A stretch of DNA of 61,702 nt from a virus (Duplodnaviria; Caudoviricetes), in the IMG/VR virus record IMGVR_UViG_3300048011_000479, positions 1 to 61,702 of that record. One strand, written 5' to 3'. Within the stretch, counting starts at the first letter, position 1; the number at the start of each line of letters is the position of its first letter. The notes under the pieces are model-generated. The model was not told the DNA's origin. It did no database searches and was given only the letters and a program-made list of their open reading frames with translations. The translations under genes and the position numbers were made by a program. Of the stretch, positions 39,570 to 49,982 are shown in pieces.

Positions 39570-42428
39570 TTACCCGGCGCCGCCGCTTCGTGAATTTCTT
39601 TTATCAATTCTTCTTTGATATGCTTCGCTATATGTCTTACCTTCTGGCAGTTCACGCGGCGTTTTTGTTAACGAAGTTGAATCTCTTTTCTTAAATTCTG
39701 GTTCAGGTTTACGTGTGAAAGTTCGTTCTTTGCGTTCTGGTAATTCGATAGCATCATACTCTTCGTCCGATAATTCGGTTTCAGAAGTTGGCGCAAAGAA
39801 AGGATCTTCGTTTGGATCGTAATTTTCTGGAGCTACTTCAGAAGGCGGTGATGCTGCTGGCGGTGGCGTTGTAGTAGTTGTAGTTTCTGTACTACTAGTT
39901 GTCGTAGTTTCTGTACTTTCAGTTGTTGTAGTTTCAGTTGTTGTACTTGTTTCTGTGCTAGTTGTTTCTTCTGCATCAGGATCAACTCTGTTACCTGCTT
40001 CGATATTTGTACCTGCTGGTTCTGTTGTAATACTTGCTACTGGCGTTAAGTCTCCAGTGATAATTTTACTTGCAAAACCTCTACCAAGTCCAATACGATT
40101 GTTTGTTTCTGCACCGCCTTGATTAGCGTAGCCAACTGCTACACGGAATTGCTCGCCAAGTGTGCCAAAGTTAGCACTATCCCAACTAACAGATTTTGAC
40201 TGAATGTATGCACACGCAATTCTTACTGCAATTTCCGGATCGTTAACTAAGTCAGGATTTTCAACAATTTCAGGGTGTCCTGCTTTAGGTCCGTAACGTT
40301 GGTAGTTTTCTTTAAATGTTAACTGTATAAGCCCTCTACCACGATACTTATAACCTTCATTTTGTGCATTTCCATAACGTCCGCCATACATTGTATTAGC
40401 AATTGCTGCAGGACCTGCTGCAACTAGCTCGTTAGCAAACGCTAAACTTCTAACCCGAGATGGAAATACTCTGCGCAGTGTAGCAGCTCTATAATTTAAG
40501 TTTTCGCTTCTTGGTTTAAATCCGCACTCTGCTTGTATCTGTGCCATTGCCATACCAAGTGCTTCTGCATTACCCGGAGTTTCTCCAGGTGCAAGCCTGT
40601 TTGGATCTGCTGTTTTAAGTGCGTTTGCAGGATCAAGACCAATTTTCTTTATAAGTTCGCCTAAGAAGAATTGTTGTAATAGTGTAACTTCAACAGGCTT
40701 AGCAGGTTGATCGCCTGCGGGTCCTACTTCTCCTGGAACAACTCTCTGCGGACCATTTAAGTTTGCTGCTGATACTGTTGCACCAGTTGCTGCACCTGCA
40801 CCTGCTAAGTCGGCATCGCTGCCAAGTTGTGGAGTTGTCTCTCTTAGTGCAGGACTTGGATTTGGTGCTGCTTGGGTATATTGTGGTGTAAATGTTCCAG
40901 GGTCTAAATGTTCGTGTGCATTCCACGGCTCGTGTACTGGTACACGCACAGGCCAAAGCGCCGGGGCTGCTACTGCTGCTGTTGCGGCTGTGCCTGCACT
41001 TGCTGCTCCTGTGGCTGCTGGACCGTTCATATGAATATTTGTACCTGTTTCTAAAATGTCGCCGCCTGCTGCAATTTCTGTATTTGCTCCACTTGTTAAG
41101 TAATTGTATCCGCCGGTATTTAAATCTAAATTTGCTTGTGTATCTTTTCTATCGCCAGTTGTGTTAATATCAAGTGTTGCTTGGCTTGTAATACTATGAG
41201 GTCCAGTTACGAGTAAATTATTATCAGCACCAACAAATATTTTTTGTGTTGCGCCAACATAAACATCGTGATTGGATCCAACATCTAGTTTATGATCTAC
41301 ACCTACTTTAACGTCACTGTTATTTGACGCTGTAAGTTTATAATCTCTACCGGAATTAAGATTGATATCTCGAGCAGCAGTCATGTTAATATCTCTATCA
41401 GCACTTATATTAAGGTCAACATTTGTTCTAATGCTAATGCTATCTTGTGCATAGATATCAATTTTTCCATTACCTGTCATTTCAATCCAAGAAGTACCAT
41501 TGGCATTTCCAATGTAAATTAAGTCTTCTGAATTATGCATTAACAACTGATGTCCGGTACGTGTCCTAAAGCGCATTAACTCGCCCTTAGGAACAGTAGG
41601 TATTCCTGTTGTTGCATCAGGAGTATCTACTAAATTTGTATACTCTTTAGGACCTTGCGTTGCAAAACTATTGCGTATTTCGCGCTCGTCGCCGTCGTCC
41701 ATTACAATACTAGAGCCGCCGAGTACACTAGAAAAACTTTGTGTTCTTGAATTTGAATCGCCGATGTTTGCTTTAGGAGCGCCATCTCGCTTGTCTCTAG
41801 GTCCAGGTGTACTTACTCCGTAAATATGCGAAGGTGTTTCCCTACGACTAGAATGATTTCCTGGGCCTCGTATAGGATCGTCAACTAACCCCTGTTTTGC
41901 TAAAATTGTATAAAAATCAGTATTAATTGGCTTTATGTACTTTGTAGGATCGTTACCCATTCCAGTTGCTGTTCGCTTATTAAATTCGCCAACTGGTAAC
42001 GGCCTACCTTGTGTTTGATTATTATACTCACTCCCCGACCACGGATCTGGAGTCATCCAGTTCATGTATGTATCGTGAACACATCCTATCCAATATCCTC
42101 TTGCAATATTGCCTTCGGCAAACATAACAAGAACTTTAGTGCCTGGACTAGGAGGAACAAACCACATACCGTAACTTTTTTGCGTTCCTTGAAACGTATC
42201 TTCGGCTGTATTTCCGTTAATTGGTGTTTGTCCTGCAAAAGGACTCATATATTTTACTGTAACAATTTGTCCAGATCTTTCTGGTTGATTTCCGCCTTCA
42301 CTATTTTTCAATAGTTCAACAGTTAGTCCGCCCATTTTTTTAGGATCAAGATGAGATACAACTAATGCCTCATACGGACCTGGGTTAGTTACTAATTTTT
42401 GATTACCTGGACGACTATCTACTGCCAT
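39570..42428 (-). CDS. gp5: baseplate hub/cell-puncturing protein (gp5/VgrG-like) with a GH19 lysozyme domain
   Basis: OB-fold DPKKMG.L.V and YGMWFVPP.PGT.VLV.F; RTRTGHQ; beta-helix repeats; GH19 motifs AQIQAEC..ENLNY and YRGRGLIQLT. Confidence 0.82.
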   Translation of the reverse strand: MAVDSRPGNQKLVTNPGPYEALVVSHLDPKKMGGLTVELLKNSEGGNQPERSGQIVTVKYMSPFAGQTPINGNTAEDTFQGTQKSYGMWFVPPSPGTKVLVMFAEGNIARGYWIGCVHDTYMNWMTPDPWSGSEYNNQTQGRPLPVGEFNKRTATGMGNDPTKYIKPINTDFYTILAKQGLVDDPIRGPGNHSSRRETPSHIYGVSTPGPRDKRDGAPKANIGDSNSRTQSFSSVLGGSSIVMDDGDEREIRNSFATQGPKEYTNLVDTPDATTGIPTVPKGELMRFRTRTGHQLLMHNSEDLIYIGNANGTSWIEMTGNGKIDIYAQDSISIRTNVDLNISADRDINMTAARDINLNSGRDYKLTASNNSDVKVGVDHKLDVGSNHDVYVGATQKIFVGADNNLLVTGPHSITSQATLDINTTGDRKDTQANLDLNTGGYNYLTSGANTEIAAGGDILETGTNIHMNGPAATGAASAGTAATAAVAAPALWPVRVPVHEPWNAHEHLDPGTFTPQYTQAAPNPSPALRETTPQLGSDADLAGAGAATGATVSAANLNGPQRVVPGEVGPAGDQPAKPVEVTLLQQFFLGELIKKIGLDPANALKTADPNRLAPGETPGNAEALGMAMAQIQAECGFKPRSENLNYRAATLRRVFPSRVRSLAFANELVAAGPAAIANTMYGGRYGNAQNEGYKYRGRGLIQLTFKENYQRYGPKAGHPEIVENPDLVNDPEIAVRIACAYIQSKSVSWDSANFGTLGEQFRVAVGYANQGGAETNNRIGLGRGFASKIITGDLTPVASITTEPAGTNIEAGNRVDPDAEETTSTETSTTTETTTTESTETTTTSSTETTTTTTPPPAASPPSEVAPENYDPNEDPFFAPTSETELSDEEYDAIELPERKERTFTRKPEPEFKKRDSTSLTKTPRELPEGKTYSEAYQRRIDKRNSRSGGAG

Positions 42429-42437
42429 TTAAAATTC

Positions 42438-45074
42438 CTATCTCTCAAATCCCCATACATCTACAGCACCTCGGTCAACCGGAGTAGGTGCCGGAGTAGG
42501 TGCCGGAGTAGGTGCCGGAGTTGTTTCTGTTGTAGTTGATCCTGTAGCGGTTGCAGGCGTTGCACCGCTTCCTCCAGAATTAGCAGCTGGTGGCGATGTT
42601 TGATCTCCTCTCGGATCGTTTGCATCAGGATTTGATGTTGTTGCCGGTGGTGGATTTTGTGTTCCTGATTGTGACTCGGTTGCCGGTGTATCTGTTACTG
42701 CATTATTATCATTTTGCGATCCTTCAACTCCAGTATCAGAAGTTTGATTTGGACGTCTAATTAATTTTAAAATTTGTGTAAATTTGCCGCCTGACAAAGA
42801 ATTTTTTACAGTATTAACTTTATATAACCCACCAAATGCATTTACTGGTACAGTATCGCCAGTGCCGTTTAATCCGGTTGGGAAAATCATATCACCGCCT
42901 TGTGTCGGGTAATCAATAGGAGTTCTAAAATTAACATTAACTTCAACTTCGCCTCTTTGATAATCCATTGTGCCGTCTGCTGTATAAGCAGGATCTCCTG
43001 ATGGTGGTGAACTATAATTTCCTTGGCCGCTATCTGCTAGATAATACGGATCTCCTAATATAGTTAAATCCATTGTAACCAAATCAACATTGTTATTTAC
43101 AATAGCTTCATTAAACATTCTTGCAACCTGAACTTTTGGACTGTCGGCATCGCCGCCGCCTCCTTGCCCTGTTGTAACTGCATTTGCAACTTCTGTAACA
43201 TTAGGATTACCTGTTAAACTTACTACTCCTGCTGCACCTTCTGATTGTGTAAAATTAGGATCGTTAGCATTATTTGTGCTGTCTCTAGTTTGTGTTTGTG
43301 CTGTTCCTGAAGAGTTTATTCCTGAACTAACTGCTTTAAAGAACGCATTATTAAAGTTAATTTCAAAGTCTATAATATCATCGTTTTGTCCAGTATAGAT
43401 ATAATCATACTGTTTTGCTGCTTGCGCTTTTCTTTTTTCAATTCCTACCGATGGCTGTGTTGCATTAGAAAATACGCTCGAGTGTACTAAGTATGGAACT
43501 ACTGCGTAAACATAAATTTTTGGATTTTGTCCGCTAACACTTCTTACTTGTTCATCAGACACTAAGAACGTTTGGGTATGTATTCTAAACCAAGGAATCA
43601 TACCATTAGAGTCTGGTTTAATTTCTGTTGCTGCTTTTTGTCCGTATGTACTTAGGATTACAATTTCTTCAATCATCTGTTCAATTGTAGTTCCGGTTTG
43701 GAACTGAAACGTTCTAAAATCATTTGAAATTTGAACATTATCAGAAACATACACATCTTTTTCATTTTTAACATATGCTTCTTGTCCAAAGGGTTGTGCC
43801 CCTCCGGTAGCCATACTTTCTACAATAGATGATTTTCCTATATCGTTCAATAATTCAGAACTATCAGCTATTCTTCTAACCTGTCTAGAAACTGAACTGT
43901 TAGAAAATAACTGTTGATACTGTCGAAAGTTTACATCTAAATCAGCTTGTGCTTGAGGCGGCAAATTTGAAAATTGTGTATTTCCAGGACTTATTCTAGC
44001 ATAATAATCTTGAATTGTCATTGCTGCTAAATCACCAGATCCGTCATCGTTGTTACTTAATCCTAAACTTGAACTAAGTTCCTTAGGAAACATAATTACG
44101 TATTCGTCTTTGTTAATTGCGCCAGCACCGTCTGCTATCGCTTTTTCTCTAATTCTTTGATTTAATATATTTGTTAAACTTAAAGGACCAGTTTGTAACA
44201 ATTCTGTAACAGTGTTACCTGTAATTTTTATATCTGTTCTAGAAGATTGTGCAGACGACGATAGTGAATTTTCATTCCAGGCGTGTGCTCTAATATTGTA
44301 TCTGCTGCCGCCACCGCTTACATCAAAATCAACTTTGTTAAGACTGATAGGAAATACTCGTCTACCTAGTTGAGAGTTTGAAACTCTGCCGTCGTCGTCA
44401 TAACCAACAAATTCTATTATTAGTGCATACGGCGCTTTTAAGTAATCTGCATGTCCTGCGTTATTTGCTGCTATCATTAGTGTTTGTAAAAATAGACCCA
44501 TACTATATGGTTCCATAACTGTAAAACTAGAAATAGTAGCATTAGATGTACGTGTTTGTGTAGTTGGTGCAATAACAGTATCCATTTCAATTTCGTCAAT
44601 GAAGTATTCTAATTGTGCATTTGAACTTTCAAATGCTGTCATTGCTTTTCCAGGGGCGCCGCCACCTGAACGTAGTACTGTTACTTGTGGGCTTCTTGCC
44701 CTATATGTAGAATCTGGAAAGTTAATTTCGTTAACTGTTAGACATGCTAATGTTACAACGTAATTGTAACTAGCATACGATTTTAAAATATTTTCAGTTG
44801 CACCAATTGGCCCGGATGCTGCTTCAGGACCTCTTCCGGGCGGGAATGCTGTTGGCGGTTTTGGTTTTAGGTCTTTAAATGCTTGTGAAACTGATTCTGC
44901 TGCTGCTCCGACAGGATTTTCTCCTGTAAGAACTTGTATAGAGTTATCAACTTTGTTTTGGATTTGATTTTTAAGATTTTCAGCTTGTTGAGAAGCGTCA
45001 TTAAGAAGATCGGTGCCAAAGCCTTTGGCTCTATCTAAACTTCGTTGAACAATGTTTGTAGGTCTAATTGCCAT
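42438..45074 (-). CDS. baseplate hub/tail protein (gp27/gpD-like position)
   Basis: Lies between gp53-like and gp5-like; LTILGDPYY and GLYKVNTVKNSLSGGKFTQ.L.L.R C-terminal motif. Confidence 0.6.
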   Translation of the reverse strand: MAIRPTNIVQRSLDRAKGFGTDLLNDASQQAENLKNQIQNKVDNSIQVLTGENPVGAAAESVSQAFKDLKPKPPTAFPPGRGPEAASGPIGATENILKSYASYNYVVTLACLTVNEINFPDSTYRARSPQVTVLRSGGGAPGKAMTAFESSNAQLEYFIDEIEMDTVIAPTTQTRTSNATISSFTVMEPYSMGLFLQTLMIAANNAGHADYLKAPYALIIEFVGYDDDGRVSNSQLGRRVFPISLNKVDFDVSGGGSRYNIRAHAWNENSLSSSAQSSRTDIKITGNTVTELLQTGPLSLTNILNQRIREKAIADGAGAINKDEYVIMFPKELSSSLGLSNNDDGSGDLAAMTIQDYYARISPGNTQFSNLPPQAQADLDVNFRQYQQLFSNSSVSRQVRRIADSSELLNDIGKSSIVESMATGGAQPFGQEAYVKNEKDVYVSDNVQISNDFRTFQFQTGTTIEQMIEEIVILSTYGQKAATEIKPDSNGMIPWFRIHTQTFLVSDEQVRSVSGQNPKIYVYAVVPYLVHSSVFSNATQPSVGIEKRKAQAAKQYDYIYTGQNDDIIDFEINFNNAFFKAVSSGINSSGTAQTQTRDSTNNANDPNFTQSEGAAGVVSLTGNPNVTEVANAVTTGQGGGGDADSPKVQVARMFNEAIVNNNVDLVTMDLTILGDPYYLADSGQGNYSSPPSGDPAYTADGTMDYQRGEVEVNVNFRTPIDYPTQGGDMIFPTGLNGTGDTVPVNAFGGLYKVNTVKNSLSGGKFTQILKLIRRPNQTSDTGVEGSQNDNNAVTDTPATESQSGTQNPPPATTSNPDANDPRGDQTSPPAANSGGSGATPATATGSTTTETTPAPTPAPTPAPTPVDRGAVDVWGFER
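42479..42521 (-). repeat. 12-nt tandem repeat (3.5 copies) encoding PAPT
   Basis: ccggagtaggtg x3 plus a partial copy. Confidence 0.9.
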
Positions 45075-45077
45075 TTA

Positions 45078-45380
45078 TTAGTATCCTAAAAACTTTTGTA
45101 GTTGATCTTCTCTTGGTAGGAAAATTTTAATTCCTGCTTCTAAATCAAAAACAGGGTCTTTTAGTACATCCATGTTTCTTTGTGCAAACACCCACCAAAG
45201 TTTAGGTGTTCCGTAAACTGAGAATGCTAACAAATCCGGACGATGTGTAAACTGTGGTTGCACTTCATATAGTACATCGTCGTCGCTTTTAGGTATTGGA
45301 CGTATTCTTAGAACATCTAAGTATTGTCTATTAACAACTTTTGTAGATCCCCAAGGACTAATTGGTCCGTATGTTGCCAT
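45078..45380 (-). CDS. gp53: baseplate wedge subunit, gp53-like (LysM-type)
   Basis: RPDLLAFSVYGTPKLWWVFAQRN...GIKIFLP. Confidence 0.8.
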   Translation of the reverse strand: MATYGPISPWGSTKVVNRQYLDVLRIRPIPKSDDDVLYEVQPQFTHRPDLLAFSVYGTPKLWWVFAQRNMDVLKDPVFDLEAGIKIFLPREDQLQKFLGY

Positions 45381-46222
45381 TAGATAAATCCTCCGTTATC
45401 TAAGTAGTCTCCTTTGACAAAACTATCTAAGCTAAACTGTGAAGTTCTTGCACGTGAGTAAACTGGTTGTACTGTTATCATTACTTGACTTTGTACCGGA
45501 GCCCATCCTTCATAAAATCCTTCTACTGATGTTCCTGCATTAATTTTCGAAACTTCGCCATCGACCTGTGTTTTAATATAATCTACGTCAGCTGGCAAAT
45601 CAACACTGAATGTTTTAACAATTACAGGTACGTTTGGAAATACAAAGTCTCCGTACCCATTTAAAAATATTAACGGAGGTGGAGCACCTGCGTTTGTACT
45701 TTGTCCATATGCCATTTTAGTTATGCTTCTTAAATAGTGAAGTGCTGCTGCCCAGTATTGTGCATCTACTGCATTTTCACAGAAAAAATCACCTGTAATA
45801 ACAATATCGTCAATTTGACTATTCTGATAAGCAGGAAAAGGATAATTACTATGAGTCGGCTGCATTGCATCATAGTTAGCTGAATGTTGAATTAATATAG
45901 TAGGAGTATAAGGAAACACTAAGCCATTTGTTTCATCTAAAGGTTTTAGTATTCCAGTTTTGTCCATTGTCGAAGGAAGACTTAATCGCACACGCCAATC
46001 GTTGTCAGCACCTTTAACTTTAGCTGCAACTGCGTTATTTAAACTAGGTTGTGATGACGGACCGCCTAGCAAAGATTTTAAAATACTTGCTGCGCCGCCG
46101 CCTAATGCATTTTCAAGTGCATTGCCAATAAGATTGTTTCCAAATGATTTAGCTTTACCTTCAAGATCACTTGCAAAGTTTTTTACATTTGACTGGACGA
46201 CACTTCCTATTTTATCTAACAT
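45380..46222 (-). CDS. baseplate/tail-tube junction protein (gp48/gp54-like)
   Basis: VFPYTPTI, PPPL..LNGYG..VF.NVPVIV; first gene of the baseplate operon. Confidence 0.55.
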   Translation of the reverse strand: MLDKIGSVVQSNVKNFASDLEGKAKSFGNNLIGNALENALGGGAASILKSLLGGPSSQPSLNNAVAAKVKGADNDWRVRLSLPSTMDKTGILKPLDETNGLVFPYTPTILIQHSANYDAMQPTHSNYPFPAYQNSQIDDIVITGDFFCENAVDAQYWAAALHYLRSITKMAYGQSTNAGAPPPLIFLNGYGDFVFPNVPVIVKTFSVDLPADVDYIKTQVDGEVSKINAGTSVEGFYEGWAPVQSQVMITVQPVYSRARTSQFSLDSFVKGDYLDNGGFI

Positions 46223-46242
46223 AATTTTGCTCCTATATACAT

Positions 46243-46249
46243 TATTTAG
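46243..46249 (-). promoter_or_regulatory. late promoter of the baseplate operon
   Basis: CTAAATA on the - strand, followed by an AGGAG RBS. Confidence 0.55.
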
Positions 46250-46278
46250 TTGACAAAATTATGTACGTAGTTTATAAT
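46250..46278 (+). promoter_or_regulatory. perfect sigma70 consensus promoter for the late sigma gene, containing an operator-like motif at 46259-46274
   Basis: TTGACA-17 nt-TATAAT; TTATG-TACGTA-GTTTA in the spacer and overlapping -10. Confidence 0.85.
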
Positions 46279-46301
46279 AGAGTAATAACCTGGAGAATTT
46301 A

Positions 46302-47150
46302 ATGCGAAAAGTAAATTACCTTAACAATAAGGACATGCTAAAACAGATACACAAGTCAAAAAGTGGTTTTTGTAGCTTTGTAGAAGCTGATTACAACCAA
46401 TATGACATTATCTTAACTGATATTGACAAAATTAACATACGTACCATTGCAGAAGCAAAAAGAAATAAAGCAAAAAGACTAACACTAGCTGATTTTGAAG
46501 CACGTAAAGCTGCTGGAGAGAAAGTAAAGCAAGCAGAATGTGAAGTAGATTACAAGAAAATGAAGAAAGAAGAACTAATCTTTCGAATTATGACATTTGA
46601 TCATATTCCAGAAGAGCCAGGTCGTAAAAAGAATCCAAAGACAGTAGCTGACACTAGGGTAAAATTAAATTTTCCTCCATTTCAACACTACAAGTTTAAC
46701 GATGACGGAGAACTAGTTTGTGTAGGGAAAAGTCACTGGGTTGGAGGTATGGAGAACGGACATTTTAGTCAAAGTCATGCTCGAGCAAACAACGAACTTG
46801 CTCGCATGTGGATGAAGCTAGTTGATCGTTATGCTACTCGAGGAAATGTACGTGGTTACACTTACAATGACGAAATGAAAGGGCAAGCAATACTACAACT
46901 GTCACAGATTGGTTTGCAATTTGACGAATCAAAGTCTAATAATCCTTTCGCTTATTATACTGCGGCAGTTACTAACTCGTTTGTACGTGTTATCAACCTT
47001 GAAAAACGCAATCAAAACATTCGAGACGATATTCTTGAAATGAATGAAATGAATCCAAGTTATACTAGACAGCATAATGCAGAGTGGGAAGCAAGTGTAA
47101 AAAGAGAAACTGCTAAAATTAATGCAGAAAAAGCTGCCAAAAATAGTTGA
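46302..47150 (+). CDS. gp55: late-transcription sigma factor, gp55-like
   Basis: NYLNNKDML, NVRGYTYNDEM, FDESKSNNPFAYYT, SFVRVINLEKR; T4 order 55-47-46. Confidence 0.85.
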   Translation: MRKVNYLNNKDMLKQIHKSKSGFCSFVEADYNQYDIILTDIDKINIRTIAEAKRNKAKRLTLADFEARKAAGEKVKQAECEVDYKKMKKEELIFRIMTFDHIPEEPGRKKNPKTVADTRVKLNFPPFQHYKFNDDGELVCVGKSHWVGGMENGHFSQSHARANNELARMWMKLVDRYATRGNVRGYTYNDEMKGQAILQLSQIGLQFDESKSNNPFAYYTAAVTNSFVRVINLEKRNQNIRDDILEMNEMNPSYTRQHNAEWEASVKRETAKINAEKAAKNS

Positions 47151-47175
47151 CTTTGTTAGTAAATGAACGTATACT
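47147..47175 (+). promoter_or_regulatory. sigma70-type promoter
   Basis: TTGACT(47147-52)-17 nt-TATACT(47170-75). Confidence 0.7.
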
Positions 47176-47205
47176 AACATAACATAATAGTAGAGGATTT
47201 ATATT

Positions 47206-48216
47206 TTGTTTAAAAAAGCGGCTGTCTTTACAGACATACACTTTGGCTTAAAAGGCAACAGTAAGGTACACAACAACGATTGCGAAGAATTTATCGATTG
47301 GTACATTGAGCAAGCAAAAGCTAACGGTTGCGAAACTGGTATCTTCTGCGGCGACTGGCATCACAACAGAAATAGTTTAAATCTAACAACTATGGATGCT
47401 ACAATCCGTAGTTTAGAAAAATTAGGTGCTGCGTTTGATAAGTTTTACATGTTTGTTGGTAACCACGACTTGTACTACAAAGACAAACGTGACGTAAGTT
47501 CTACTATTTTTGGCAAACACATTGAAGGTATTACGTTTGTAGACGAAATATACGAAGAAGAGGATGTTGCACTAGTTCCGTGGCTTGTAGGCGAAGAATG
47601 GAAGAAGATTGAAAAGATTAAAGCCAAATACATGTTTGGGCACTTCGAACTTCCTAGTTTTTATATGAACGCTATGGTGCAAATGCCGGATCACGGTGAC
47701 TTGCGTCCAAGTCATTTTGCCAATCAAGACTATGTGTTTAGTGGACACTTCCACAAACGTCAAGTACAAGGTAAAATTCATTACATTGGTAATGCATTTC
47801 CTCACAACTATGCAGATGCAGGCGATGACGAACGCGGCATGATGATACTTGATAGAGAAAACGGCAAGGAACCAGAATATATCAACTGGTGGAACTGTCC
47901 TAAGTATCGTACAACTACGCTGAGTAAACTACTAGACCCTGAAGCAAACATTATTAAACCTAAAATGTACTTGCGTGTTACTATTGATGTTCCGATTAGT
48001 TATGAAGAAGCACAATTTATTAAAGAGACATATATTAGTACACATGACTGTCGTGAAATAACACTAATACCACAGAAACAAATTGAAGAAATTACAACAG
48101 ACTTAGACATTTCAACATTTGAAAGTGTTGACGAAATCGTATCTAAAGAAATTACTGCAATTGATAGTGAAAACTTCAATAAGAAAATGCTATTGGACAT
48201 ATATAACGACCTATGA
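47206..48216 (+). CDS. gp47: recombination endonuclease subunit (Mre11/SbcD-like)
   Basis: DIHFG, GDWHH, GNHD, GHFE, SGHFH; TTG start after GAGGA. Confidence 0.92.
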   Translation: MFKKAAVFTDIHFGLKGNSKVHNNDCEEFIDWYIEQAKANGCETGIFCGDWHHNRNSLNLTTMDATIRSLEKLGAAFDKFYMFVGNHDLYYKDKRDVSSTIFGKHIEGITFVDEIYEEEDVALVPWLVGEEWKKIEKIKAKYMFGHFELPSFYMNAMVQMPDHGDLRPSHFANQDYVFSGHFHKRQVQGKIHYIGNAFPHNYADAGDDERGMMILDRENGKEPEYINWWNCPKYRTTTLSKLLDPEANIIKPKMYLRVTIDVPISYEEAQFIKETYISTHDCREITLIPQKQIEEITTDLDISTFESVDEIVSKEITAIDSENFNKKMLLDIYNDL

Positions 48217-49982
48217 TTAAAATTAAAGACTTAACAGTAAAAAACTTTATGAGTGTGGGCAATCAGACCCAGGCTGTAGACTTTAACAGAGAAAAATTAA
48301 CTCTTGTTCTTGGTGAAAACTTAGATCAAGGTGGCGACGACAGCGGAAGTCGTAATGGTACAGGTAAAACAACAATTATCAATGCATTAAGTTATGCAAT
48401 GTACGGCAAAGCTCTTACAAATATTAGAGCAAACAACCTTATTAATAAAACAAACTCAAAAGGTATGGTTGTTAGCTTAGATTTTGAAAAAGACGGTAAT
48501 CAATATCGATTAGAACGAGGACGTTCTCCTACTTTCTTTAAATTTTATATTAATAACGAAGAACAAGTAGAAGACGAATCGCAAGGTGACAGTCGCAAAA
48601 CACAAGAATACCTAAATGATTTGTTAGGTATGTCGCATGACATGTTCAAACACATTGTTGCGCTGAATACCTATTCAGAACCGTTCCTTGCAATGCGACA
48701 AAACGATCAACGTGCTATTATTGAACAGTTGCTAGGTATTACTATACTGTCTGAGAAGGCAGAAAACTTAAAAGAACAAGTTCGTAATACAAAAGACGCT
48801 ATTACACAAGAAACTCTTAAGATTGAGGCTATACAAACTGCTAATAGTAAAATTGAAACTACTATTACTAGTCTACAAAGTAATCAAAAGGCTTGGCTTG
48901 CAAAACGCAGTACTGATACTATTAAATTAAAAGAAGCAATCGACGAGTTAGAACACTTAGACATTGAAAAAGAACTGAATTTGCATGAACAGTTATCTAA
49001 CTGGACTGAGCTTAATACAGCAATTACTGCTCTTAATAAAGAAAAAAGCACACTAGACTCTGCACTATTACGTGCAACCAAAAGTGTCGAAAAAGCAGAA
49101 AAAGACATTGCTGATTTAGATGATGCTACTTGTTATACATGTGGACAGGAACTACATGCAGACAAAAAAGCTGAAATTGAAACACGAAAATCAAAAGAAT
49201 TAACTGATGCAATAGCATATCAAACTGAAGTTGCTGGCAAGTTAGAAGAAGTAATAAAAGCACTTGACGAAATTGGTGATATCAACGGCAAGCCTAATAC
49301 TTACTACGAAACTGCTAAAGAGGCATATGAACATAGACAAAATGTTGACAGTTTAAAACAAGCATGGGAAACTAAAAAATCTGAAGAAGATCCTTATCAA
49401 ACACAGATTGATGAACTAACTGCTAGTGCTATACAAGAAATTAACTGGGATAGCGTAAACGAACTTACTAATCTAAAAGAACACCAAGAGTTCTTGCTCA
49501 AGTTGCTAACAAACAAAGATAGCTTTATTCGCAAGAAGATTATTGAGCAAAATCTAGCATATCTAAACAATAGACTTACATATTATCTTGACAAACTAGG
49601 TTTACCGCATCAAGTACTGTTCCAAAACGATTTAAATGTTGAAATTACACAACTAGGACAAGACTTAGACTTTGATAACCTGTCACGTGGTGAGCGCAAC
49701 AGACTTATCTTAGGGCTGAGCTTTGCATTCCGCGATGTTTGGGAAAGTCTGTATCAGAATATCAACTTGTTGTTTATCGACGAGCTTATTGACAGTGGAA
49801 TGGACACTGCTGGTGTAGAAGGTGCGTTGAGTGTTCTCAAGAAAATTGCACGTGAGCGTGAGAAAAACATTTTCTTAATCTCACACAAAGATGAACTAGT
49901 AGGTAGAGTCAACACAATCCTTAAAGTTATTAAGGAAAACGGCTTTACATCATATGAAAACGATTTAGAAGTAATAGAATGA
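48213..49982 (+). CDS. gp46: recombination ATPase subunit (Rad50/SbcC-like)
   Basis: KNFMSVG, NGTGKTT Walker A, CYTC zinc hook, LSRGE signature, LLFIDE Walker B, ISH. Confidence 0.93.
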   Translation: MIKIKDLTVKNFMSVGNQTQAVDFNREKLTLVLGENLDQGGDDSGSRNGTGKTTIINALSYAMYGKALTNIRANNLINKTNSKGMVVSLDFEKDGNQYRLERGRSPTFFKFYINNEEQVEDESQGDSRKTQEYLNDLLGMSHDMFKHIVALNTYSEPFLAMRQNDQRAIIEQLLGITILSEKAENLKEQVRNTKDAITQETLKIEAIQTANSKIETTITSLQSNQKAWLAKRSTDTIKLKEAIDELEHLDIEKELNLHEQLSNWTELNTAITALNKEKSTLDSALLRATKSVEKAEKDIADLDDATCYTCGQELHADKKAEIETRKSKELTDAIAYQTEVAGKLEEVIKALDEIGDINGKPNTYYETAKEAYEHRQNVDSLKQAWETKKSEEDPYQTQIDELTASAIQEINWDSVNELTNLKEHQEFLLKLLTNKDSFIRKKIIEQNLAYLNNRLTYYLDKLGLPHQVLFQNDLNVEITQLGQDLDFDNLSRGERNRLILGLSFAFRDVWESLYQNINLLFIDELIDSGMDTAGVEGALSVLKKIAREREKNIFLISHKDELVGRVNTILKVIKENGFTSYENDLEVIE

